Assembly (NCBI GenBank): GCA_964595855.1
Contig: CAZQTM010000003.1
Span: 1 to 30,150 of the forward strand
From: an uncultured Lachnospiraceae bacterium
GTDB lineage: Bacteria > Bacillota > Clostridia > Lachnospirales > Lachnospiraceae
DNA length: 30,150 nt
Reading direction: 5' to 3'
This document shows, piece after piece, positions 1 through 8,000 of this stretch (its first letter is position 1; every line of letters starts with the position of its first letter). Position numbers and translations under genes: made by a program. The notes beneath the pieces are model-generated. The model did not search any database. It was not told where the DNA came from and worked only from the letters and a program-made list of their open reading frames with translations.

Positions 1-152
1 CTTTGAATTTTTCAGGGTTGGTTTATACTGTTTAGTTTTCAAGGTGCCGATTTTCATTTCTTCTGAAAATCGTGTACATAGTACATGGTGCTTAATAGCG
101 ATTTCTGTATTCAATTCGCTTTTGTTTTGTAATCACTTCCGTGACACGCAAC
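1..152 (-). other. 5' leader of an rRNA operon (16S gene expected just beyond the left edge)
   Basis: On the minus strand, downstream of a strong sigma-A promoter, there is a boxB-like hairpin (CGATTTTCA/TGAAAATCG, 48-56/64-72). It is followed by GCACCTTGAAAACTAAAC (30-47), which resembles the Firmicute rrn boxA/processing-stalk motif. No 16S sequence lies in the window, so the rRNA identity is inferred. Confidence 0.75.
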
Positions 153-158
153 TTGTTA

Positions 159-207
159 ATAATATCATGTGCATATCTGAAAGTCAATACCTTTTTTTCT
201 TTTTTTT
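159..207 (-). promoter_or_regulatory. rrn P2-type sigma-A promoter with UP element
   Basis: TTGACT (182-187), 17-nt spacer, TATTAT (159-164), with an A-tract UP element upstream (191-207). The predicted +1 is about G152, consistent with GTP-initiated Firmicute rRNA promoters. Confidence 0.85.
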
Positions 208-293
208 AAAGATTTTTCATCTTTACAAAAAGAATTCCACTCTGTCAGATCGCCTACCTGTTAGAAAAGGCTTTTCTTCCCGGGTGGAATTAC

Positions 294-323
294 ATTATAG
301 CACTGGTTTTTTGGACTTGTCAA
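294..323 (-). promoter_or_regulatory. rrn P1-type consensus sigma-A promoter
   Basis: Perfect TTGACA (318-323), 18-nt spacer, perfect TATAAT (294-299). The -35 box contains the yfhO stop codon. Confidence 0.8.
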
Positions 324-2902
324 CGGGTTTTTTGTTGATTTTTCAAGCTTTTTGAGACAATTAACACAACTATACAAAATGTTGAAATGAGTGAAATTAT
401 TACCCCAAAATATAGTCCTCTGGGTATATATTTTATTTCTACAACATGCTCTCCCGGTTCAATCTGAACAGCCATTAACGCATCCAATACTTCTATTGTA
501 TTTGTCTCCTGATCATCTATATAAACCTTCCAGTCCTTTTCATATGGAATACTAAACATCAGATATGGGTACTCATTGGATATGGTGACTTCTCCTTTCA
601 GATGCGAACTACTGATCTTCTCCGGAGACCATCCGTTAATTTTGGATTGTTCATACCAATTAATCAGGGCAGTTTGATTCTCATAATAGAAGAATGCCTG
701 GTCTACCGTTAATGTATCTCCCGTCAGCAAAAGTCGTACCGGCAAAATATGACCCGGTTCATATCCTCCCAGATCCATAACGTCCCAGTTATAGGTGGAA
801 AAATATTGTCCTCTATTGTCTTGACCATTGATAATCAGATCTGCTTGTTGCTGTTCAGGAGCTGTAAAGTATAAATAAACCAATTCTTTTCGGTCAATTG
901 CCAGTTCATATTCGATATAAGCATCCTGATCCGGATCGATCTTCGTATATGTGGAGCCATCCAGCGTCAGGTTCTCTGTTTTAATCTCCTGTACATCGAT
1001 CTTTTCATATATATGATTCTCTTTTGACAGAAAGCTGTCAGCAATCTCATTTTGAATTTCAAATACATCCTTCTGTTTCATATCTACATTCTGGATATCC
1101 TGCGTGATTCCAAAACCAAGAGGTAATACATATGGATTTTCGAAAACCCAGTACCTGTCTCCACTCATTATGATTGGATATGGTTTTCCATGCGCATCAA
1201 ATTGAGAAAGCAGATATTTTACGCCCAGGAAGCAATCTGCAAATGTGGTACTTCCATCATTGTAGAAGGCCCAGTTCTTATTATTGCGAAACCCCATTTG
1301 ACCAAGAAATTTCATCGTAACATTCTTCTGCGTGGAACTAAAATGTGACAGGCCATTAAAATTATGTGCCATTGCATCATTATGGGTACGTCTAAAATTC
1401 TTTTCCATTCTGTAAAATGTAGAATCCTGATCCTGAATCGCAGAAATACCTGCTTCTGCATATTTCAGATCTGCAAGATATTCTGAATGCTTACAGTCCG
1501 GATATTCTAAGATAGCATCATATTCATTAATTGCCACGTCTGTACATTGGAGGATCAGAAAGAGAATAAAAAATACATGAGTCCATCTCTTCTGATGCAG
1601 GTAGCCATAGGATACTGCCATAATCAGAATAAGTAAAACTAAATTAACCAAAAACACCTTCATATCAACAGCTGTACGTTTTGTAAAGAGTAAATACGCT
1701 GAATACAGTAGGAACACTACCAAAATGAATAGATAGTTTCCTATCTTGATTCCCTCTTCCTTTGCAAGGATCCAACCACGATAACCAAAATACAGCATAA
1801 GAAAACTGAAAATAAATGAATCTCGATAGGGAAAACCTATCGGCTCGCTCAATCCATGCCATACTAGATTGATTGCATATATTAGAAAGCTTCCAACCAT
1901 AATCCCTATTAAAAATAAAGACAATACTTTTTCTCTGAGTGTTACTTTTTTGTGTGTAAAATAGATTAGGGTAAATAATACTGCCGTCAAGCCTGCATAG
2001 ATCACCGGAAGTCCATCTGATAAATTTCCGTTAAAGGACATTGTATATGAGTTGGAAAATAAATCCCATAGATTGAATTTTCTACTAAGTATAAATGTTG
2101 TTACAGTAGAATCACTCTTTTCACCTAGTAGAGAGAAAACAGTGGGAATCAAGTCAAAGGCTGATAACCCTACCGATAAGATACCTGCAATGATAAAGGA
2201 AATGATATGATCCTTATACTCCTTTAATCTCTTGATCGTTTTCATTTCTACCAACAAATCATAGATGAAAAAGATAGCCGAAAACAGAGCAGCCATGTAA
2301 CCCATATAATAACAGGTAATAATAGATAGTGCCAATGACAGTATTAAGAGCAATTTTCTTTTTGGTTCCTTAACGATTCGATGAACTCCCAATATTACCA
2401 ACGGAAATAGCGCAATGTTAAAAAAATAATGGATACAATTCATATAGGACGCATACATTCCGATAAATGCATAGGCAGTTGAAAAGATCAGAGATGATTT
2501 ATCATATTTAAACATGTTGTTTATTAAAATATTAAAGATCAGCCCGGCAAAACCTGCTTCCAAAACAACCCTAATCAATATACCGACCGGCATCATTTCC
2601 TTGGAGAAAAACAAAAGCAGCAGGTTGAACGGATCCTGTAGATAATATGCACAAAAACCTATGGCATCTCCGCCCAGACTTTTAGAGAACGTATAAAAGA
2701 AATCATTATCACCAAAAACAATGGATTTTAAATAATCATAATAATCCACAAACTGATATCTCAGATCTGCTACTAATATGGATCTATCTCCAAAGGGATA
2801 TGTTCCCAACAGAATATAAACCGCAAGCATTAGCAATGCCGGTATCAGAAACGCTGCAATATAGCAGTATGCAAGTTTTTTTTGTTCGGCTATCTGTTTC
2901 AT
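320..2902 (-). CDS. YfhO-family multi-pass membrane protein (putative GT-C glycosyltransferase), paralog 1
   Basis: 860 aa. The N-terminal half is polytopic with DLRYQFVDYY, SKSLGGD and GFPYR motifs. A large extracellular domain ends in LMFSIPYEKDWKVYID, followed by a final TM helix. This is the typical YfhO architecture. Confidence 0.85.
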   Translation of the reverse strand: MKQIAEQKKLAYCYIAAFLIPALLMLAVYILLGTYPFGDRSILVADLRYQFVDYYDYLKSIVFGDNDFFYTFSKSLGGDAIGFCAYYLQDPFNLLLLFFSKEMMPVGILIRVVLEAGFAGLIFNILINNMFKYDKSSLIFSTAYAFIGMYASYMNCIHYFFNIALFPLVILGVHRIVKEPKRKLLLILSLALSIITCYYMGYMAALFSAIFFIYDLLVEMKTIKRLKEYKDHIISFIIAGILSVGLSAFDLIPTVFSLLGEKSDSTVTTFILSRKFNLWDLFSNSYTMSFNGNLSDGLPVIYAGLTAVLFTLIYFTHKKVTLREKVLSLFLIGIMVGSFLIYAINLVWHGLSEPIGFPYRDSFIFSFLMLYFGYRGWILAKEEGIKIGNYLFILVVFLLYSAYLLFTKRTAVDMKVFLVNLVLLILIMAVSYGYLHQKRWTHVFFILFLILQCTDVAINEYDAILEYPDCKHSEYLADLKYAEAGISAIQDQDSTFYRMEKNFRRTHNDAMAHNFNGLSHFSSTQKNVTMKFLGQMGFRNNKNWAFYNDGSTTFADCFLGVKYLLSQFDAHGKPYPIIMSGDRYWVFENPYVLPLGFGITQDIQNVDMKQKDVFEIQNEIADSFLSKENHIYEKIDVQEIKTENLTLDGSTYTKIDPDQDAYIEYELAIDRKELVYLYFTAPEQQQADLIINGQDNRGQYFSTYNWDVMDLGGYEPGHILPVRLLLTGDTLTVDQAFFYYENQTALINWYEQSKINGWSPEKISSSHLKGEVTISNEYPYLMFSIPYEKDWKVYIDDQETNTIEVLDALMAVQIEPGEHVVEIKYIPRGLYFGVIISLISTFCIVVLIVSKSLKNQQKTR

Positions 2903-2956
2903 AGAAAGAATCCTCTTTCTTTACCTTAACACAATCTATAGTATATTTCTTTAAAT

Positions 2957-2988
2957 AAAAAAATAATCTTTGAGAAAAGATTATTTTT
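2957..2988 (-). terminator. Intrinsic terminator downstream of tRNA-Ser
   Basis: 13-bp inverted repeat AAAAATAATCTTT/AAAGATTATTTTT (2959-2971/2976-2988) with a 4-nt loop, running into a U-tract on the minus strand. Confidence 0.7.
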
Positions 2989-3000
2989 CGATTGGAATAA

Positions 3001-3088
3001 CGGAGAAGGAGGGATTTGAACCCTCGCGCCGGTCACCCGACCTACACCCTTAGCAGGGGCGCCTCTTCAGCCTCTTGAGTACTTCTCC
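3001..3088 (-). tRNA. tRNA-Ser(GCT)
   Basis: The reverse complement folds as a class II cloverleaf: GGAGAAG acceptor stem, anticodon loop CTGCTAA, long variable arm GTCGG-GTGA-CCGGC, T-loop GTTCAAATC, discriminator G. CCA is not encoded. Confidence 0.97.
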
Positions 3089-3144
3089 ATAGATACTGAA
3101 TTCTTTATTTCACTATACAATTCTCGCCATATGACGCAAAAATT

Positions 3145-3173
3145 ATTATACAAGAGGGTTAATACTTTGTCAA
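3145..3173 (-). promoter_or_regulatory. Consensus sigma-A promoter for tRNA-Ser
   Basis: TTGACA (3168-3173), 17-nt spacer, TATAAT (3145-3150), about 56 nt upstream of the tRNA. Confidence 0.85.
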
Positions 3174-5809
3174 ATTAATTTTAACTCCGGTGGTTCCTCC
3201 GATAATTGTTTATTATCTGATTCCTGTAACTTACCAGTGTTCTTTTTTTGTAGCAATATCAATATCACACAAAGAATCAATGACAGCAGAGAAAGAATCA
3301 AACCAATTTCTATTCCCCTTGGAACATAGATCATTTTAATCGTATGGATTCCTTCTGTAATCGGAACTGCCATTAATGCACTCAATACACGCTGTTGTTC
3401 TGTATGAACTCCATCTATATATATCTTCCAATCCGGTTCATATGGTATCGTAAAGAGCAGATTATCACTATTCTTGATTTCAACAGTTCCCTGAAGATGA
3501 GAATCAGATACCTTCTTCAGTTCTGCCGCTTCTAATAATGCGTGATCAGACATCTTAATTAATGCATCATTGTCCTCATAGTAAAAATATGCATTACCCA
3601 ATGTCAATGTGTCTCCCTTGGCGTACAGCTTTACCGAAACGATATCTCCTTCATTAAAAGATCCGATCTCAACAATATCCCATTTTGTATCAGTGAAATA
3701 GTTACCAAACCAGAAGTCATTGACTGTAATTTCTGCTGCTTGTGGTCCTGGTGCTTCAAAAAACAGATATACCGGATTATGGCTTGTGATCTTCAACTGA
3801 TAGTCAATGAAAGCCTCTTCATTCTGTACTTCCTTTGTATAGGTTGTATATTCTTCTACATTGCTCTCCTGCAGGTTCTCAAATTGCAGAGAATTCTGTT
3901 GAACCTCTGTAAATATTGCATCGTTCTGACCATTGATCCTATTTGCAATTTCATTTTGTATGACAAAAGAATTCTTCTCATTCATATCTACGGACGCAAT
4001 CGTTTGATTCACACCAAATGCAAAGGGCAGTGCATGTGTATTTTGAAATATATATTTCTCATTTTCCTGATGGATCAGATCATATGGTTTCCCTGTTGCA
4101 TCAAATTGTGAGATATAGTATTTCACACCTAACAAGCAATCGGCAAAAGCGGTTCCACCCTCATCATAATAAGCCCACAGACCAAAATTACGAAATCCCA
4201 TCTTCTCCATAAAGGTTTTCACATAATCCTTTTCACAGGAACTGGAATGTGACAATCCTCGATAGTTAAACTGCATCGAATCATTATGAGTTCTCTGAAA
4301 ATTCTTTTCCATGCGATAAAGAGAAGTATCTCTTTCCTTTACATATTCAATCAATGGTGTTGTCTGACTGATATATTCACTATACTCTTGCATCGGTACG
4401 TAATCCGTATACTGCTTAACGGATGATATGGCATTTGAGGATAAGTCTACAACCTGTACTGCCAGTATCAAAAGAAACCAGATATTCTGCGACCACTGAC
4501 GATGAGAAGCAATATAAGCAATCAAAATGATCAAAATGAGTAAAACAGAATCAAAAACAATACTTCGAAAGACAATTGCACTTCTGTTTGTGAAAAACAG
4601 ATATATAGAATATGAAATAAATATCGCTGCAACAATATAATACTCTTTCATCCTTTGTTGAGTACCGATTGTTATCAGTCCTCGGTATGCTATCATCAAC
4701 AGCAAAAAGCTGAAACAAAAAGCATTTCTGTATGGAAATCCTACCGGATCATTGAAGCCATGCCATATTACATCAATTGTGTGAAGATAGAAACACATCA
4801 ATATAATACCCATAAATAGAAGTGTTATGATTTTTTCTCTGATTTTAATATTTTGATTTAAAAAATAGAACAATAGAAATACTACTGTTACAAATCCCAC
4901 GTAGATAAAGGGTAGATTATCATTTGAGGTATTTCCGTCATACATATTAGTATATAACTTAGAAAAAGCATTGATCATGTGAAAATTTCGATAAAACGAA
5001 AGAGTTGCTCCAGAAGGTACACTTTTCTGACCTTGCAGAGAAAACACCGTTGGAATCAAATCAAATGCTGTCAATAGTACACCTAACAATGATGCTGTGA
5101 TAAAAGTGACAATCTGTTTTCCATACTCCTTCACTTTTTTCAATTGCTCAGTTCTGGAGATTAACAAATAAACAAAGAATAATGCAGAAAATAAACACAC
5201 CATGTAACCAATGTAATAATTACTTAGGATTGATAATGCAAGTGTTAATGTATATAACCACCATTTTCTCGTATTATTTAGTAAATTATGAATCCCCAAC
5301 ATAACAAGCGGAAGTAAAATAATATTACAGAAATAAATCGGAAGTGTGATATACGCAAACACATAACCCATAAACGCATATGCTAACGAAAATAGTAATG
5401 ACATCCTTGATGGAATATTTGTTTTATTCAGATACACACAAAATGTAAATGAACTGCAAGCCACCTGTAATATAATCATGATCCAGATGCCAAGAGGCAA
5501 AATGTGATTCGGAAACAGTAAAAGAATGAAAAGAAATGGGTTCTGTAAATAATACGCACTAAACCCAACCATATCCCCACCAAGATTTTTACTGAAAGTA
5601 TAGATCAGGTTATTCTCTCCTGTGACAATTGTTTTAAAGTAAGCAAAATAATCATTAAACTGCTTACTCATATCAGCAACTAAGATCGTTCTCTCGCCAA
5701 ACGGATACATTCCCAATATAACAGAAATCACAATCATCATAATGATTGGCAATATCAATGATAGTACATACAGCAATGCAATTTGTTTCTTTGAACTATT
5801 ATCCTGCAT
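3170..5809 (-). CDS. YfhO-family multi-pass membrane protein (putative GT-C glycosyltransferase), paralog 2
   Basis: 879 aa, collinear with paralog 1. Shared motifs include SKNLGGD, GFPYR, YRMEKNFQRTHND, FADCLLGVKY and LLFTIPYEPDWKIYID. Confidence 0.85.
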   Translation of the reverse strand: MQDNSSKKQIALLYVLSLILPIIMMIVISVILGMYPFGERTILVADMSKQFNDYFAYFKTIVTGENNLIYTFSKNLGGDMVGFSAYYLQNPFLFILLLFPNHILPLGIWIMIILQVACSSFTFCVYLNKTNIPSRMSLLFSLAYAFMGYVFAYITLPIYFCNIILLPLVMLGIHNLLNNTRKWWLYTLTLALSILSNYYIGYMVCLFSALFFVYLLISRTEQLKKVKEYGKQIVTFITASLLGVLLTAFDLIPTVFSLQGQKSVPSGATLSFYRNFHMINAFSKLYTNMYDGNTSNDNLPFIYVGFVTVVFLLFYFLNQNIKIREKIITLLFMGIILMCFYLHTIDVIWHGFNDPVGFPYRNAFCFSFLLLMIAYRGLITIGTQQRMKEYYIVAAIFISYSIYLFFTNRSAIVFRSIVFDSVLLILIILIAYIASHRQWSQNIWFLLILAVQVVDLSSNAISSVKQYTDYVPMQEYSEYISQTTPLIEYVKERDTSLYRMEKNFQRTHNDSMQFNYRGLSHSSSCEKDYVKTFMEKMGFRNFGLWAYYDEGGTAFADCLLGVKYYISQFDATGKPYDLIHQENEKYIFQNTHALPFAFGVNQTIASVDMNEKNSFVIQNEIANRINGQNDAIFTEVQQNSLQFENLQESNVEEYTTYTKEVQNEEAFIDYQLKITSHNPVYLFFEAPGPQAAEITVNDFWFGNYFTDTKWDIVEIGSFNEGDIVSVKLYAKGDTLTLGNAYFYYEDNDALIKMSDHALLEAAELKKVSDSHLQGTVEIKNSDNLLFTIPYEPDWKIYIDGVHTEQQRVLSALMAVPITEGIHTIKMIYVPRGIEIGLILSLLSLILCVILILLQKKNTGKLQESDNKQLSEEPPELKLI

Positions 5810-5826
5810 GAAAAAACCTCAAATTC

Positions 5827-6534
5827 TCAGTTTTCGTATTTTAAAATGGTTTCATGAATCTTTTCTCTCACCATTTTTGCTATTTCGACAGATCTCATCC
5901 CTTGATACTCCTCATAAGGAATAGGAGGGAGATAATGTACCTGAACAGTTACCGGCTGCGTCGTATTTTCATCAAATGGTTTATACGAATCAATCAATGC
6001 GACCGGTACAATCGGACATTTTGCATTCATTGCGGCTTTAAAGCTACCGCCTTTAAATTCCAAGAGCTCATTTTTATTTCTGGTTCGTGTTCCTTCGGCA
6101 AATATAACGTAGTTTCTGCCTGCTTTGACTTCCTCTGTCATCTGATTGATGACCTTCAAACCCTGTCTAATATCATCTCGATCAATCAACTGACCCTGTA
6201 GACATCGAACAACCTGTTTTAACAGGATAATATTACCGGCCTCTTTTTTCATTACAACACCAAACGGATTGGGACAACTTTCTATTAATCCTAAGACATC
6301 ATAAAGTCCCTGATGGTTCGGAAACATAATAAATCCATTTTGTTTCGGTATATTTTCCAACCCATAAGCAGCAATTGTAACTCGTCCGGCTCTATTTGCC
6401 AGAACAGTAGTTCTTCTTACAACTGCATATCTCTGTTCTTCTGTATACTTGTCATGTTTTCCGTACCAGTCGATTTTTATCAGATAAAAGACAGCCCGAA
6501 AAAACATGTGAAAAACCATACGAGCAATTCTCAT
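5827..6534 (-). CDS. plsC: 1-acyl-sn-glycerol-3-phosphate acyltransferase (lysophospholipid acyltransferase)
   Basis: HX4D motif NHQGLYD, FAEGTR block III and PIVPV block IV. The start overlaps the fumarase beta stop (ATGA). Confidence 0.88.
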   Translation of the reverse strand: MRIARMVFHMFFRAVFYLIKIDWYGKHDKYTEEQRYAVVRRTTVLANRAGRVTIAAYGLENIPKQNGFIMFPNHQGLYDVLGLIESCPNPFGVVMKKEAGNIILLKQVVRCLQGQLIDRDDIRQGLKVINQMTEEVKAGRNYVIFAEGTRTRNKNELLEFKGGSFKAAMNAKCPIVPVALIDSYKPFDENTTQPVTVQVHYLPPIPYEEYQGMRSVEIAKMVREKIHETILKYEN

Positions 6535-7079
6535 TTTTGATACTCCTTGATTGCTGTTTCATATAGATCATTTCCCTTGGAATCAATCACTACAATTACA
6601 GGAAAATTCTCTACCCACAATTCACGTATTGCCTCCGTTCCAAGATCATCATATGCGATGACTGTGGATTTCACGATTTTCTGTGATAATAAAGCTCCAG
6701 CTCCTCCAACAGCAGCAAAATATACAGCTCCATTTCTCATAATCGCTTCTTTAACCTCTTGCGACCGTTTTCCTTTTCCGATCATACCCTTTTGTCCTAA
6801 ATCCAACAGAGTAGGAGCATATTTATCCATTCTGCTTGCTGTAGTAGGACCGGCTGATCCGATCGGTCGACCTTCTCTTGCAGGAGACGGTCCCATATAA
6901 TAGATAATATTATGATCCAGATCTAACGGTAGCTGCTGTCCGGCTTCAATTGCTTCAAACATTCTTTTATGTGCAGCATCTCTGGCTGTATAGATTTTTC
7001 CGGTAATATATACATAATCGCCTGCTCTTAGCCTGCCGGCATCATCATCCGAAATAGGTGCTTTGATATATTGATCCAT
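6531..7079 (-). CDS. Fe-S hydro-lyase (fumarate hydratase class I / tartrate dehydratase) beta subunit
   Basis: YTARDAAHKR, GPTTASRMD, MIGKG and DLGTEAI motifs. Whether the substrate is fumarate or tartrate cannot be resolved from sequence. Confidence 0.92.
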   Translation of the reverse strand: MDQYIKAPISDDDAGRLRAGDYVYITGKIYTARDAAHKRMFEAIEAGQQLPLDLDHNIIYYMGPSPAREGRPIGSAGPTTASRMDKYAPTLLDLGQKGMIGKGKRSQEVKEAIMRNGAVYFAAVGGAGALLSQKIVKSTVIAYDDLGTEAIRELWVENFPVIVVIDSKGNDLYETAIKEYQK

Positions 7080-7080
7080 A

Positions 7081-7923
7081 TTATATGCTCCTTACTGCAT
7101 GTCGGTTTACATGACAACAAATATTCACTGCTACCGGTAGACCTGCGATGTGTGTTGCATAAGTATTAATATTTACTGCAAGTGCTGTTGTTAATCCGCC
7201 TAGACCTCCCGGACCGATTCCCAGTCGATTGATCTTCTCTAACAACTCCTTTTCCAATTCAGCGATATACTCAATGTCTGAATGGGAGCCTGCTTCTCTG
7301 GTAAGTGCCTTTTTTGCCATAAGCGCACACTTCTCAAAGGTGCCACCTATTCCGACTCCGACTACCATCGGTGGACAAGCATTGGGGCCGGCATCCTTGA
7401 CTGCTGTCATAATGGCGTTTTTTACTCCCTCTATCCCGTCTGCAGGTTTTAGCATGAAGACTCGACTCATATTTTCACTTCCAAATCCTTTTGGAGCAAC
7501 TGTGATCTTAACTTGATCTCCTGGTACAATTTCAAAATAAATCACTGCAGGAGTATTATCATTTGTGTTCTTTCGTATAATAGGATCTCCAACAACAGAT
7601 TTTCGAAGAAACCCTTCTATATAACCTCTCCTGACTCCTTCATTAACAGCGTCTTCTATTGAGCCTCCTTCGAAATGAACCTCTTGTCCTACTTCCATGA
7701 AAATAACAGCCATTCCGGTATCCTGACAGATCGGTATCATATCCTGACCTGCTATTTTCAGATTATCCTGAAGTTGATCTAATATCTGTCTTCCAAGTGG
7801 TGAAGTCTCCGTTTCAACTGCATTTTTCAAGACAATATCCATATCATTGGACAGATAATGGTTTGCTTCAATGCACATTTCCTTTATTACTTCCGTTATT
7901 TCTGCGATATTAATCGTTCTCAT
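7081..7923 (-). CDS. Fe-S hydro-lyase (fumarate hydratase class I / tartrate dehydratase) alpha subunit
   Basis: CQDTG, KGFGSEN, GPNACPP and CHVNRH motifs. Start moved from 7941 to 7923 (MRTINI) because GAGG precedes that ATG. Confidence 0.92.
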   Translation of the reverse strand: MRTINIAEITEVIKEMCIEANHYLSNDMDIVLKNAVETETSPLGRQILDQLQDNLKIAGQDMIPICQDTGMAVIFMEVGQEVHFEGGSIEDAVNEGVRRGYIEGFLRKSVVGDPIIRKNTNDNTPAVIYFEIVPGDQVKITVAPKGFGSENMSRVFMLKPADGIEGVKNAIMTAVKDAGPNACPPMVVGVGIGGTFEKCALMAKKALTREAGSHSDIEYIAELEKELLEKINRLGIGPGGLGGLTTALAVNINTYATHIAGLPVAVNICCHVNRHAVRSI

Positions 7924-7955
7924 TCGATACCTCATTTCCAAATATCACTTACAAT

Positions 7956-7993
7956 GTTCAAAAAGGATTGCAAATGTGACTTACAATCCTTTT
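7956..7993 (-). terminator. Intrinsic terminator after gyrA
   Basis: Minus strand AAAAGGATTGTAA-GTCACAT-TTGCAATCCTTTT(T): a 13-bp stem with one G-U pair that ends in the U-tract, 8 nt after the gyrA stop. Confidence 0.75.
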
Positions 7994-8000
7994 CTACTAT

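Noticed and set aside
44-355. 103-aa plus-strand ORF
   Set aside because: It is antisense to the rRNA promoters and leader, has no RBS, and its Phe/Leu-rich composition comes from T-tracts.
2903-3170. tRNA-Ser as the attachment site of a yfhO-carrying island
   Set aside because: No integrase, transposase or duplicated tRNA 3' end is visible.
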